Below are positions 1 to 9,014 of a stretch of 64,000 nt of DNA, piece after piece. The DNA is taken from NCBI GenBank assembly GCA_963676835.2, contig CAXXFF010000001.1, forward strand, positions 96,001-160,000, given 5' to 3'. The translations under genes were made by a program, and so were the position numbers. The stretch comes from Marispirochaeta sp. (GTDB lineage: Bacteria; Spirochaetota; Spirochaetia; JC444; Marispirochaetaceae). Within the stretch, counting starts at the first letter, position 1, and the number at the start of each line of letters is the position of its first letter. The notes under the pieces were generated by a model. It ran no database searches. It had not been told where the DNA came from and saw only the letters and a list, made by a program, of their open reading frames with translations.

Positions 1-115
1 TGCCGCACTCTCACGGCAGTCCCGTTTCCACCACATTCATGCTCCAGGCAAACGGCCGGACGCGACCTCTTTAATGCGCCCGGGAAAGGTCAGGAGCCTT
101 ACCGAAGTAAGGATC

Positions 116-188
116 TGCAGCCGCCGGGGATTTGAACCCCGGGAGGCCCGGGCCGGCTTTTACACCGTCTCATTGCCTGCCCGGCTGC
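116..188 (-). ncRNA. tRNA-like structured RNA (acceptor stem plus T-arm, no canonical D or anticodon arm)
   Basis: Minus strand reads GCAGCCG...CCGGGG-TTCAAAT-CCCCGG-CGGCTGC-A, 73 nt. A CCTTAC-TTCG-GTAAGG hairpin follows at 97-112. Confidence 0.55.
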
Positions 189-224
189 GGGACGTTTTCA
201 CGCGCCCCATGCTGCTTCTTATAT

Positions 225-512
225 CTAAGCCGTGAGCTTGCTCCGTTCACGGATCGACATTCGTAACCACTGCCGCTTTCGTATCTCCGGCGGTGTCATA
301 AACCATTGCCCTACCGTTTCCGGCAACCAGCGCCGCTCTCTTCCCGGGTAATCTGATCGCCCGAAGTTGGGCATGGTCCACTGGTTGTGGTACATAAAGC
401 TCTTTGACCAGCCATGCATAATCCCAATGTCTTCCATGGTTATGTATTCCCGGGTCGGGATTGCTTCCAATAGCCGGTCAAGCTTTGCCTCAAGGCGCTG
501 AATGTCCGTCAT
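225..512 (-). CDS. Small phage DNA-binding protein (excisionase/AlpA-like HTH)
   Basis: 95 aa; YITMEDIGIMHGWSKSFMY...RRWLPETVGQWF resembles a winged-helix Xis; translationally coupled to the upstream ORF. Confidence 0.55.
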   Translation of the reverse strand: MTDIQRLEAKLDRLLEAIPTREYITMEDIGIMHGWSKSFMYHNQWTMPNFGRSDYPGRERRWLPETVGQWFMTPPEIRKRQWLRMSIRERSKLTA

Positions 513-700
513 TACCGCAACACCTTTTCAAAAACAGGCTGATTGTTGACTTCAAGGAATTCCAGAAAGGTATCTGCATGGATAAAACCGGTCATATCCG
601 CAACGGTAACGGTTCCCCAGGCTGATCGGTCGCCATGTTGAGCACGGAAAATACTGGAAAGTTCGTTAATAGGTCGTGGCGCAGGTGAAGTCTGTATCAT
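512..700 (-). CDS. Phage hypothetical protein
   Basis: 62 aa ORF with start/stop overlaps on both sides. Confidence 0.6.
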   Translation of the reverse strand: MIQTSPAPRPINELSSIFRAQHGDRSAWGTVTVADMTGFIHADTFLEFLEVNNQPVFEKVLR

Positions 701-1926
701 GCTACATCTCCCAATCCAGCCGCGGCTAATGCCTTTGCCGTATTTACTGGTACTGCATTTCCAATCTGCTTTACCTGATCAGTTTTGTTCCCGGAAAACC
801 AGTAATCTTTCGGGAATCCCTGGGCGGCCGCCAATTCGTGAGGCTGCAGCATCCGGAATGTGATATCGAGTCCGGCTTTGCCTTCAATCAGAGCAAACCG
901 GTCTTTTGTCGTAATAGTTGCCAGCGGAATCCGTACGGGAACGGCATCTCCATTTCCGTAATAATGGATAAGAAACGGTTCAGTAAGCGAAATAGCGCCA
1001 GCGGTTGAGACTGTGGCCAATGGCTTTGACACAGGTCGAGGCGCAGCGCACGACTGCTGACCGAGTGTAAAGGCTTCGACAAGTCCATAACGATTTGATG
1101 TATCGAGTGTACCAATAGGCATATCAACAGCTTGGTGACGATCATCCCCGCCGTTATATCTGACAAGAAACGGGACAGCCCATTTACCCCAATACCGTAA
1201 GATTCCAGCTTCAATTCTTCGAAGTGTCGCAGGCTGAAGCGGCCTTTTGCGCTTGAAAATGCTTTCGCCCTGAATTGACCAGTCAATTACATCCCTGGCC
1301 GGCACCCATGGCTTTAAGCCGAAAAGCCCGGATACTTCTGCATGAGACTGCTCCGGCCATCGGATCTTTTCGTGGCCCCTAACAGCTTGCAGAAAAAATC
1401 GTCTTCTTGTTGTTGGATCACCATAATCAGCGGCCTTGAGTATTTGCCAGTCAACACGGTACCCGAGGGATTTCAGAGCGCCTATATATGCTTCGAATGT
1501 TGCCCCCTTCTTACTCTGTAATGGTCTTCCATCAGATCCGAGCGGGCCCCATGTGGTAAATTCCGGCACATTCTCCATATAAAACCTGCGTACATACACC
1601 TCGGATAACCATTTCAGAGCTAACCATGCAGACGCCCGGCTCTGATCAGACCTTGGGCGGCCTCCTCTGGCAATGCTATGATGGGTACATTCAGGGGAAG
1701 CCCAGAGAAGATCAAGCTTCTGCCGTGGATCAACAACCTCATGAGGGTTAAGATTTTGAATATCCGCTTGAAAATGGCGGGCATTCGGGTGGTTGCGGGT
1801 ATGCGTTTCAATTGCCCGTTCCCAATGATTAACAGCGGCAAGATCATGTTTTGCGCCGTTGAGTGCCTGGATAATACCGGTACTTTCTCCGCCGGCACCT
1901 GCAAATAGATCTACTATCCGTATCAT
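697..1926 (-). CDS. DNA cytosine-5 methyltransferase, phage type
   Basis: Motifs DLFAGAGG, SPEC, ENV, RRRFF, GNAV. Confidence 0.95.
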   Translation of the reverse strand: MIRIVDLFAGAGGESTGIIQALNGAKHDLAAVNHWERAIETHTRNHPNARHFQADIQNLNPHEVVDPRQKLDLLWASPECTHHSIARGGRPRSDQSRASAWLALKWLSEVYVRRFYMENVPEFTTWGPLGSDGRPLQSKKGATFEAYIGALKSLGYRVDWQILKAADYGDPTTRRRFFLQAVRGHEKIRWPEQSHAEVSGLFGLKPWVPARDVIDWSIQGESIFKRKRPLQPATLRRIEAGILRYWGKWAVPFLVRYNGGDDRHQAVDMPIGTLDTSNRYGLVEAFTLGQQSCAAPRPVSKPLATVSTAGAISLTEPFLIHYYGNGDAVPVRIPLATITTKDRFALIEGKAGLDITFRMLQPHELAAAQGFPKDYWFSGNKTDQVKQIGNAVPVNTAKALAAAGLGDVA

Positions 1927-2513
1927 GCCGCCACCCCATACATGGAAACAGCCAGCGCCAGCAGTTCCGGTAAAAGTCCTTCCAGATCCGCATATTCAAT
2001 GGTGTCCATTTCCCGGTTTTTGGCGCATTCCCGAAGATTGCGATGATATCGGTAGTAATATTCGGAATAGAGATCCCGCCATAGGCTTGAATGACTTGCT
2101 CCGGTTCGGTATGCATGCTTATTTATCATGCGGCGAAGCTGATCGCGGTAGCTCAATTCGGTCGCTGCAGGCAGAGCCGGTACTGAAGATTCAGGCAGAG
2201 AGCCTTTTATAGCGGCAATAATTGCCGGTACCATGGCGGCTACTGTCTCCCTGACTATGGTTGCAATTTCTGCAACTCCGTTCTGATTCTGCCGATTTTC
2301 GGCATTCGCCCGGAAGATCCCCGCAGCATTGCGGCCCATGCCAGCCTCGATAATGGAACATGTTTCGTCCAAGGTGTAATCGGCAGGCTTCCCATGGCCT
2401 GCTGCGGTCATTTTTACCTTAACTGCGGGTATTTTGCCCGCAGATTTCCTCACCCACCGTCTTACTGTACTTTCATCCTTGCTTACAGCGTCTGCAATCT
2501 GCTTGGTTGTCAT
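1923..2513 (-). CDS. Phage HTH / antirepressor-like protein
   Basis: N-terminal HTH MTTKQIADAVSKDESTVRRW, helical C-terminal domain; position in the early operon. Confidence 0.6.
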   Translation of the reverse strand: MTTKQIADAVSKDESTVRRWVRKSAGKIPAVKVKMTAAGHGKPADYTLDETCSIIEAGMGRNAAGIFRANAENRQNQNGVAEIATIVRETVAAMVPAIIAAIKGSLPESSVPALPAATELSYRDQLRRMINKHAYRTGASHSSLWRDLYSEYYYRYHRNLRECAKNREMDTIEYADLEGLLPELLALAVSMYGVAA

Positions 2514-2701
2514 TCCACAACCTCCGCCTTCACACCATCCAGACAGGAGAAATCAGCACCCCACAATAGCCGCCTGGCACCGACAAGCCGGTCCTGAAGC
2601 AGCCGGGGAACCTCAACAGACTGCATTACATCATTGTTCAGAGCTTCGATTTGCTTCTGGATATCCCCTGCTCTTTTCTCTGCTTCGCGTCTGGTAATCA
2701 C
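2510..2701 (-). CDS. Phage hypothetical protein
   Basis: 63 aa ORF with 4-nt overlaps to both neighbours. Confidence 0.6.
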   Translation of the reverse strand: MITRREAEKRAGDIQKQIEALNNDVMQSVEVPRLLQDRLVGARRLLWGADFSCLDGVKAEVVE

Positions 2702-2883
2702 CGGAGAGCCTCCACATCGAGTTGAGAGTTATTCGCCGAAATTGAATCATTCGTTCTGATCCAATCACTGAGGATTGTCTCAACAAGATCTTGGATTTTT
2801 TCGCCTTTTACACAAGCAGCGATTTTCAATCTTCTGTGAGTTTCATTTAATATTTTAATATTTGTACTATTTCTCGTACTCAT
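2698..2883 (-). CDS. Ribbon-helix-helix regulator in the Cro position
   Basis: TNIKILNETHRRLKIAACVKGEKIQDLVETILSDW fits the RHH pattern; divergent from the repressor; start chosen at ATG 2883. Confidence 0.6.
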   Translation of the reverse strand: MSTRNSTNIKILNETHRRLKIAACVKGEKIQDLVETILSDWIRTNDSISANNSQLDVEALR

Positions 2884-2972
2884 GCAATTATTAAAGTACG
2901 TGTTCCAGTATTTTGTCAAGTGTTTTTTTGTTTTATTGTCCCATTTGTCGTACAATAACCGATATAATAACT

Positions 2973-3320
2973 ATGACAAAATTGATGGAGAACGTTTTAA
3001 GCCAGATGAAACGTCTCGGGATCTCGCAAGCAAAGCTTGCCGAAGCTATAGGTAAATCTCGCTCAACAGTGAATGGTTGGTTCATCGCTGAATATGAACC
3101 AAAAACACTCGAAGCCGTAAAAATTGCAGAGGCGCTCAATACTACGGTTGAATACCTGGTTACCGGAGAATCAACACCTCAAAAAAGCCCGATCAGAACA
3201 GAATTCGATAGATATATAGACCGGTTTTCAGATGATGAAATAACCAGGGCAAAAGGTATGCTCGAACTTGCTTTTCCGGAAAAAAAACATGCATCGCATG
3301 GCGGAACGGCAGTGTCATAG
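2973..3320 (+). CDS. XRE-family (CI-like) repressor
   Basis: GISQAKLAEAIGKSRSTVNGW...KIAEALNTTVEYLVTG; no C-terminal S24 peptidase domain. Confidence 0.9.
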   Translation: MTKLMENVLSQMKRLGISQAKLAEAIGKSRSTVNGWFIAEYEPKTLEAVKIAEALNTTVEYLVTGESTPQKSPIRTEFDRYIDRFSDDEITRAKGMLELAFPEKKHASHGGTAVS

Positions 3321-3376
3321 GGGTAGATTTCGGCGTTTTAAGTAATTGAGATAATGCACAAATGTGGAGGTAATAA

Positions 3377-4285
3377 ATGAAGGATCATGATTCACTCGAA
3401 TACACCAGATATACATCGAAAATGGAGTTTGAGAAGGCTATCCATACCCTTGAAGGCCTTATGGCCGGTATTGCGATCGATGGAATAATTGAGAAATCAG
3501 AGCTTGAAGAGCTGTCTGCCTGGTGTTTCAGTAATTATCAATATATTGATCGCCAGCCCTACAAAGAACTTATCCCCTATATTCAGGAAGCAATTTCTGA
3601 TGATTATCTCGATGAAGAAGAGCAGCAAAATATCCTATGGTTCTGCAAGCAGTTCAAAACTGAAAACGAATACTACGATGTGATTACATCAGATATTCAA
3701 CGCCTGCAAGGGATTATGCATGGGATTCTATCAAATAACCATATATCTACCGCTGAGATTCAAAACCTTGAGAAATGGCTTGATCAGAATACTCACCTGG
3801 CAGGCGTTTATCCCTATGATGAACTTCAGAGCATGATTATGTGTGTTTTAGCAGACGGGATAGTCGATGAACAGGAAGAGAAACAGTTGAAGGTGTTTTT
3901 CTATGACTATATTATCCCTGCAGAACGCGGATCGATAAACCAGGCTGAGATCGAAGAATACAAAAAGACCATTTCATTATCTGGAGTATGCGCTGTTTGT
4001 CCTGAGATTATCCTGGACAACCATTATTTTTGTTTTACCGGTAAATCATCACGAACGAAACGGAGCGATTTTGTAAATACAGTTAGCAAATATGATGGGA
4101 AATATCTTAATAATGTTACCGGGAAACTGGATTATCTCATCATTGGGGATAATGGTAACCCGTGTTGGGCTTATTCCTGCTATGGGCGAAAGGTTGAGCA
4201 AGTATTACAAAAACGTAAAGAAGGCGCATCCATCATTATTGCTCATGAGACTGACTTCTGGGACGCCGTTGAAGACCTTGTATAG
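3377..4285 (+). CDS. BRCT-domain protein with duplicated TerB-like helical N-terminal repeats
   Basis: Repeats LEGLMAGIAIDGII and LQGIMHGILSNNHI; C-terminal BRCT FCFTGK...KLDYLIIG...GRKVE...HETDFW; RBS GGAGG. Confidence 0.8.
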   Translation: MKDHDSLEYTRYTSKMEFEKAIHTLEGLMAGIAIDGIIEKSELEELSAWCFSNYQYIDRQPYKELIPYIQEAISDDYLDEEEQQNILWFCKQFKTENEYYDVITSDIQRLQGIMHGILSNNHISTAEIQNLEKWLDQNTHLAGVYPYDELQSMIMCVLADGIVDEQEEKQLKVFFYDYIIPAERGSINQAEIEEYKKTISLSGVCAVCPEIILDNHYFCFTGKSSRTKRSDFVNTVSKYDGKYLNNVTGKLDYLIIGDNGNPCWAYSCYGRKVEQVLQKRKEGASIIIAHETDFWDAVEDLV

Positions 4286-4460
4286 CGATTATCCAGATCC
4301 ATACAAAGACCCGTTCAAGCTGCAATTAGCATTTAAAAACCTTCGACTCTGCAGGACATGCCGCCATGGGAGAGATGTTAATCAGTATCGTGAGGCTACC
4401 TGTGATCTGGATAAGGTCAAGCGGGATGATAATTGCATGTGTGATCGGTGGGAAGAATAA
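4278..4460 (+). CDS. Small Cys-rich (putative Zn-binding) protein
   Basis: TTG start overlapping the upstream stop; CRTCRH...CDL...CMCDRWEE; fills the gap up to the next ATG. Confidence 0.5.
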   Translation: MYSDYPDPYKDPFKLQLAFKNLRLCRTCRHGRDVNQYREATCDLDKVKRDDNCMCDRWEE

Positions 4461-4461
4461 A

Positions 4462-5418
4462 ATGATAGATCTTAATGTGATACGAAATACAGATTGCTTA
4501 ACTCATTGTTCAAAAGAAAAACGGAAAGATATAACTATCGGTGATCGTTGCTCTGAATGTACGTCAGTGATAGATGGACTTGAAGTAAGATGTGTTGGTC
4601 CATGGGGTAAAGAGAAAATACATCACCTCATCCAGTATTTTGGAATATTTGCAAGAGGAATGAAAGATAAATGGTCCGGGAAATTAAACTATATTGAAAT
4701 CTGTTCTGGACCAGGCCGTTGTATTGATCGTGAAACCGGCGACGAATTCAATGGTACACCTATAGCTATTGCAGAACATCCTGACAGGAAATACTTAAAT
4801 ACCGCCCTATTTTTTGATTATGAAAGTGAAATTGTCCACAGTCTCAATCATAGACTGAGCAAATATGCAGGGTCATCAATTAAAGCATCCCTTGGGGATT
4901 ACAATGATAGTAATACAATATGCAATATCTTGAATGATGCAATCGGGGGGAGGCAGTATTTAAACCTTGTTTTCATTGATCCGACTGATTGCAGTATCCC
5001 ATTCGCAACAATCAGAGATATAAAAAAAACCTTGAAATCGGCTGATCTCATAATTAACGTCGCAACAAAAACAGACTTCAACAGAAATGTACGTAATATT
5101 ATCGAAAAGAATGATAGATATCAAAATGCTTATAATAAATACACTGCATTTCTCGGGTCTGACAGCTATTTTCATAATAAAGATGTTGTAAGGTTTACAG
5201 CAAATAGAGATTATATAAATCTACGAAGATTATTTCGTGAACATTATATTGATTCTCTGCGGTCGATTGGATATAGCCATTTTGCCGTCACACCCATTAA
5301 CAATTATTATGATCTTCTTTTTGCTTGCGGTCACTCGCGTGGGCTTGATTTCTGGAATAAGATAAAAATGATTGATCATACAGGGCAGAGGGAGTTTGAT
5401 TTGTTCCAGGAAGATTAA
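4462..5418 (+). CDS. tcmP: Three-Cys-motif partner protein (TcmP-like, SAM-methyltransferase fold)
   Basis: VGPWGKEKIHHLIQY, YIEICSGPG, GDYN, LVFIDP, YDLLFACGHSRGLDFW. Confidence 0.8.
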   Translation: MIDLNVIRNTDCLTHCSKEKRKDITIGDRCSECTSVIDGLEVRCVGPWGKEKIHHLIQYFGIFARGMKDKWSGKLNYIEICSGPGRCIDRETGDEFNGTPIAIAEHPDRKYLNTALFFDYESEIVHSLNHRLSKYAGSSIKASLGDYNDSNTICNILNDAIGGRQYLNLVFIDPTDCSIPFATIRDIKKTLKSADLIINVATKTDFNRNVRNIIEKNDRYQNAYNKYTAFLGSDSYFHNKDVVRFTANRDYINLRRLFREHYIDSLRSIGYSHFAVTPINNYYDLLFACGHSRGLDFWNKIKMIDHTGQREFDLFQED

Positions 5419-6228
5419 TTATTTATCTAAACCTGATTCGCTATACTGCTTGAGTCCGAACCTTTTTTTTAAACTATCCTTCCAGAATATCTTTTCATCA
5501 TCTTTATAGAGATCATATAGATTGTTAAAATATGGCGATTCATACAGATTAAGAAGTTCAATAGCCTTCTTTCGATTATTCTCAGAAAGAACTCCGTTTT
5601 GCCGCATCCGTTGAAACAGAAAGTTTGCTTCTCCTATCCATATCCCACCACTGATAAAATCATAAATATCTTCAATCAAGTCCTGTGCGGAATCGTCTAA
5701 TACAGGCTCCATAGAAATACTTGTACTGAATCCATTTCTATAAGCATAACGAACAGAACTGAGCCGTTCAGAAATGTCCGGTGCTCCAGGCTCCCAGAAA
5801 CTCAATGTTTCGTTATCAATAGATCCAATAGTAAAACGGAATAAGATTTTTTCTTTCTCTCCATAGAAAGTAGAACAAATTTTCTCAATGCACTCTGAAT
5901 GCGGTTTTGTGACAATCAGTAACTCGTTTCCCGTAGCCAAGATATCAGAAATAGCTGCGAGAGCCTCCTCTATAAAATCTGGAACAATATCATGCGTAGA
6001 TGGGTACATTACCCTGCCGTCGTAGATTTTCTTTTTGCTATATTTGTTATGGGTATAAACTGGATCTTTCCAAGACTCAGAAGTGCTACGTTTAAAGCGA
6101 ATTGCCATAGCTTTGCTATAACAGTACAGACAGTCATGCGGACAACCGAGGATGTTATTGAAGGTACATGATGCCCATTCTTCTGTTCCGAAAGCAGAGC
6201 GTTTACTTTTTTCAACTACCACCGGCAT
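5419..6228 (-). CDS. Radical-SAM-like protein (DUF5131 / spore photoproduct lyase-like)
   Basis: N-terminal GCPHDCLYCY (CxxxCxxC), LIVTK, WEPGAP, SISMEP. Confidence 0.8.
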   Translation of the reverse strand: MPVVVEKSKRSAFGTEEWASCTFNNILGCPHDCLYCYSKAMAIRFKRSTSESWKDPVYTHNKYSKKKIYDGRVMYPSTHDIVPDFIEEALAAISDILATGNELLIVTKPHSECIEKICSTFYGEKEKILFRFTIGSIDNETLSFWEPGAPDISERLSSVRYAYRNGFSTSISMEPVLDDSAQDLIEDIYDFISGGIWIGEANFLFQRMRQNGVLSENNRKKAIELLNLYESPYFNNLYDLYKDDEKIFWKDSLKKRFGLKQYSESGLDK

Positions 6229-6310
6229 AATAATTTCCCCTTATTTCTTTTTCAAGTATATAACTTTTAACCTCATCTTGCACTATTTTTGATTAGTTAA
6301 CTTGCAATTC

Positions 6311-7492
6311 TTACTCCCACAATTGATTTATCTTATCCCTTACACCTTCCGGGATCCGCTCAATCAACTGCTGATCTGTCGGGTGATCATATCGCCTTGT
6401 CATTGCCTCAGTCCTGTGCCCCATAAGGCCCTGGGTCTCTTTTCTATCAAGAATCTGTAGCGCATAGGTATTAAAACTGTGACGAAGGTTATATTGAGTG
6501 CGGTCGCGGCGGTCTATTCCGGCCCTATCACAGCTGGCCTTGAAATGTTTATTTGAGGTGTCTGATTGAACACCACCTTTCGCCTCCTGCGGCGTAAATA
6601 TCTGATCAGACGGCTCTGTGTGCTCGCTGGTGGCCTCGTGGAGCAATAAAAGCTCCTCTGCCCTTCTCGGTAGTGTTACGGCACGTGTATACCCTGTTTT
6701 TGTGCCTCTCATGATCTTTTTCGTGTCAGGATCAACCTTCTGGGTGATTGCAAGACCATGAAGTGTTCTTGACCATTTACCCCATGTCAGGGCACCAACT
6801 TCTTGCGGCCTGAGACCTGCAGATCCCATCACCATGAAGTATGCAGCCCATTCCAGGGATCCCCAGATCATTATCAGATCATCGAGGTCATGAGGAAAAA
6901 GTTTCCCAAGCTCTTCCGGAGAAAATATCTCCTGCTCGACTTTATCAATATCCTGATACCAGACCATCCCCTGTGTCGGATCCCGTTCAAGAATTCCCTG
7001 GGTAACAGCCTCACGCATAATATGCCTGAAAGCGGTAAGTATCTTGTTCTTTGCTTCAGCTTTAAGTGGTGTTCTTCCGTCCCTGGTAGACTTGATATCG
7101 AGTAGATAATCATCTATTGCACCCTGGCGGATAGCCGGCAGAATCAGGTTGCCGAATCCAGGGAGTATATAATTCTCCAGACAGCTGCGCATTCGCTTGA
7201 TATGCAAGGATGAAAAGGTCTGTCCCTTTGCCTGCATTCTGCGAAGCCATGGACAACGCCCGGTGATATAGAAATTACGGGTAAATTCTTTCAGCGTTAA
7301 TTCTGCAGAAATCTCTTCCTGGACGGTTACTTCATAATTTGCAGCCCATATTTCAGCTTCTTCCGGATTATCAGTGCCGGTTGATATCCATTTTCCAGGC
7401 ATTGCACGGAACATTACATAAATAATTTCTCCGGATTTTAACTTTCGATTCATAAATCGATACGGTTTTCCGCTGCCTTTTTTTCGTGGCAT
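6311..7492 (-). CDS. Tyrosine integrase
   Basis: GLRPQE, TKT, YNLRHS, LMGH...RYDH catalytic motifs; adjacent to the tRNA; ATG 7492 follows a G-rich RBS. Confidence 0.95.
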   Translation of the reverse strand: MPRKKGSGKPYRFMNRKLKSGEIIYVMFRAMPGKWISTGTDNPEEAEIWAANYEVTVQEEISAELTLKEFTRNFYITGRCPWLRRMQAKGQTFSSLHIKRMRSCLENYILPGFGNLILPAIRQGAIDDYLLDIKSTRDGRTPLKAEAKNKILTAFRHIMREAVTQGILERDPTQGMVWYQDIDKVEQEIFSPEELGKLFPHDLDDLIMIWGSLEWAAYFMVMGSAGLRPQEVGALTWGKWSRTLHGLAITQKVDPDTKKIMRGTKTGYTRAVTLPRRAEELLLLHEATSEHTEPSDQIFTPQEAKGGVQSDTSNKHFKASCDRAGIDRRDRTQYNLRHSFNTYALQILDRKETQGLMGHRTEAMTRRYDHPTDQQLIERIPEGVRDKINQLWE

Positions 7493-7545
7493 AGCGCCCC
7501 CCTTATCGTAAAATGCATCTGGATCCGAACCGAAGACCCGTTTTC

Positions 7546-7603
7546 GTGTGCACAAAAACGAATTTTACAGGTGTTGAAAACATATACAGTGTGTACAAAA
7601 ACG
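7546..7603. repeat. Putative integrase arm-type direct repeats
   Basis: GTGTGCACAAAAACG (7546-7560) and GTGTGTACAAAAACG (7589-7603), 14/15 identical, lying between int and the tRNA. Confidence 0.6.
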
Positions 7604-7681
7604 TGCAAATTACAGCTTGTTGGCCAGTGCTTACAATTATAAAGATAATCCGTAAATCGTTATATGTAAAGAATTAGACAC

Positions 7682-7711
7682 AAAAAAAGCACCTCTGAAA
7701 AGAGGTGCTTT
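7682..7711 (-). terminator. Intrinsic terminator after tRNA-Thr
   Basis: AAAGCACCTCT/AGAGGTGCTTT stem with a U-tract on the minus strand. Confidence 0.85.
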
Positions 7712-7713
7712 CT

Positions 7714-7787
7714 AGCCGACTCTCGGATTCGAACCGAGGACCCCGAGATTACAAGTCACGTGCTCTGGCCAGCTGAGCTAAGTCGGC
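7714..7787 (-). tRNA. tRNA-Thr(TGT)
   Basis: GCCGACT...AGTCGGC acceptor, D-arm, CT-TGT-AA loop, GTTCGAATC T-loop; CCA not encoded. Confidence 0.97.
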
Positions 7788-7807
7788 GTTACGTGAGACG
7801 CATACTA

Positions 7808-8599
7808 TTAAACATGGGGAGGAAAGTCAAGAGAAATGAAGGAATCTTTTTCCATAGTAAGAACCTCAACATGGTCGGAAAAAACAGCTACGGTATGCTC
7901 AAACTGGGCGGTACTGGCACCGTCTCTGGTAATCTGGGACCAGCCGTCTTCATAGAGAGTTGTCTCCCCGTTTCCGCAGGTAAGGATAGGTTCCACCGTA
8001 AGCACCAGGCCGGGAACTACCGGGATGGGCAACTGGGAAACAGCAGTATGCAGAACCTTCGGATCTTCATGAATCGAACGGCCAATACCATGGCCCACAA
8101 AGTTTGGCAGCACCCGGCAACCGTTCTCTTTTGCTACCTTCTCCACCGCGATACCTACGGTGTTGAGATAACCACCTGCATGCAGAGCCTGTATACCGGC
8201 GTTTGTCGCCTGCCAAGCTGCCTTCAGCAACCGTTTGGACGATGCACTGAGAACACCTATACCGTAGGTCCAGGCCGCATCTCCATGCCAGCCATCTTTT
8301 TCCGTAGTTATATCTACAGAAACAAGGTCTCCATTCTGCAGCACCCCGTCTTTAATCACACCGTGGGCGGCAATGTTATTGATAGAAATGCAGAAGTCCT
8401 CCGGGTAACCGTGAAAACCTCTCAAAGCGGTGTTCACCCCTCTGCCTGCCAGAAACTGCATGCAGAACCTGCGTATATCAGATATGGAAGTTCCAGGAAC
8501 CATCAGAGGAGAAAGCTCCCGAAACAAGTCGCGGATGGGAATACAGGCAGCTTTGATTCTCATAACCTCCAGGCGGGTTTTGAGCTCTACATCTGTCAT
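7808..8599 (-). CDS. map: Type I methionine aminopeptidase
   Basis: CISINNIAAHG, GHGIGRSIHEDP, TVEP, AQFEHTV. Confidence 0.93.
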   Translation of the reverse strand: MTDVELKTRLEVMRIKAACIPIRDLFRELSPLMVPGTSISDIRRFCMQFLAGRGVNTALRGFHGYPEDFCISINNIAAHGVIKDGVLQNGDLVSVDITTEKDGWHGDAAWTYGIGVLSASSKRLLKAAWQATNAGIQALHAGGYLNTVGIAVEKVAKENGCRVLPNFVGHGIGRSIHEDPKVLHTAVSQLPIPVVPGLVLTVEPILTCGNGETTLYEDGWSQITRDGASTAQFEHTVAVFSDHVEVLTMEKDSFISLDFPPHV

Positions 8600-8952
8600 A
8601 CAGGGAGAAGCCAGGCCTGAAGAAATTTCATGGAAAAGAGCAGAACAATAATTACAAAAAGGCCTGCGGCAGCACTGATCCAGACAGAAAGTGAAAATTC
8701 ATGACCGATAACCGCAAACAGTAAGGTCCCTCCTAAAAGAACAAAAAGCAATATGCCGCTTATAAGCGAGGTTGTTTCCACCATACCGATGAGAAACTCC
8801 AGAGTGGAATCGAGAAAATTCTGATAATTACCAAGCAGAAACAGAAGAAACAGTATAAGCACTAACAGAAATGAAAAAAGAGAGATTCTTCTGAGAAAAT
8901 GCATAAACCAGATATTTTTAAAATTGCCTTTCACTGAGTTAGACAGTATCAC
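8596..8952 (-). CDS. Hypothetical membrane protein
   Basis: Three hydrophobic segments; overlaps the map start; true start may be further downstream. Confidence 0.7.
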   Translation of the reverse strand: MILSNSVKGNFKNIWFMHFLRRISLFSFLLVLILFLLFLLGNYQNFLDSTLEFLIGMVETTSLISGILLFVLLGGTLLFAVIGHEFSLSVWISAAAGLFVIIVLLFSMKFLQAWLLPV

Positions 8953-9014
8953 AGAAAAATAAAAATGAACAATAATCTTGATAGTTACCCGGTCTGAATA
9001 TAGAATACCTCAAG

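Larger units (their letters stand above)
1..7713. mobile_element. End of a prophage or integrative element inserted at tRNA-Thr(TGT); continues beyond the window start
   Basis: Tyrosine integrase directly downstream of the tRNA, XRE repressor with a divergent early operon, phage-type C5 MTase and AT-richer cargo. The second att copy is not in the window. Confidence 0.85.

Noticed and set aside
2881..2972. Defined operators or leftward promoter of the prophage switch
   Set aside because: TTGACA is present but its spacing to a plausible -10 is poor, and the GTAC motifs do not form a convincing repeated operator.
7744..7760. U-U mismatch in the tRNA-Thr anticodon stem as a sign of a pseudogene
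   Set aside because: All other arms are canonical, and single stem mismatches are tolerated in functional tRNAs.
7760..8620. 286-aa plus-strand ORF
   Set aside because: Antisense to map and overlapping the tRNA; shadow ORF.
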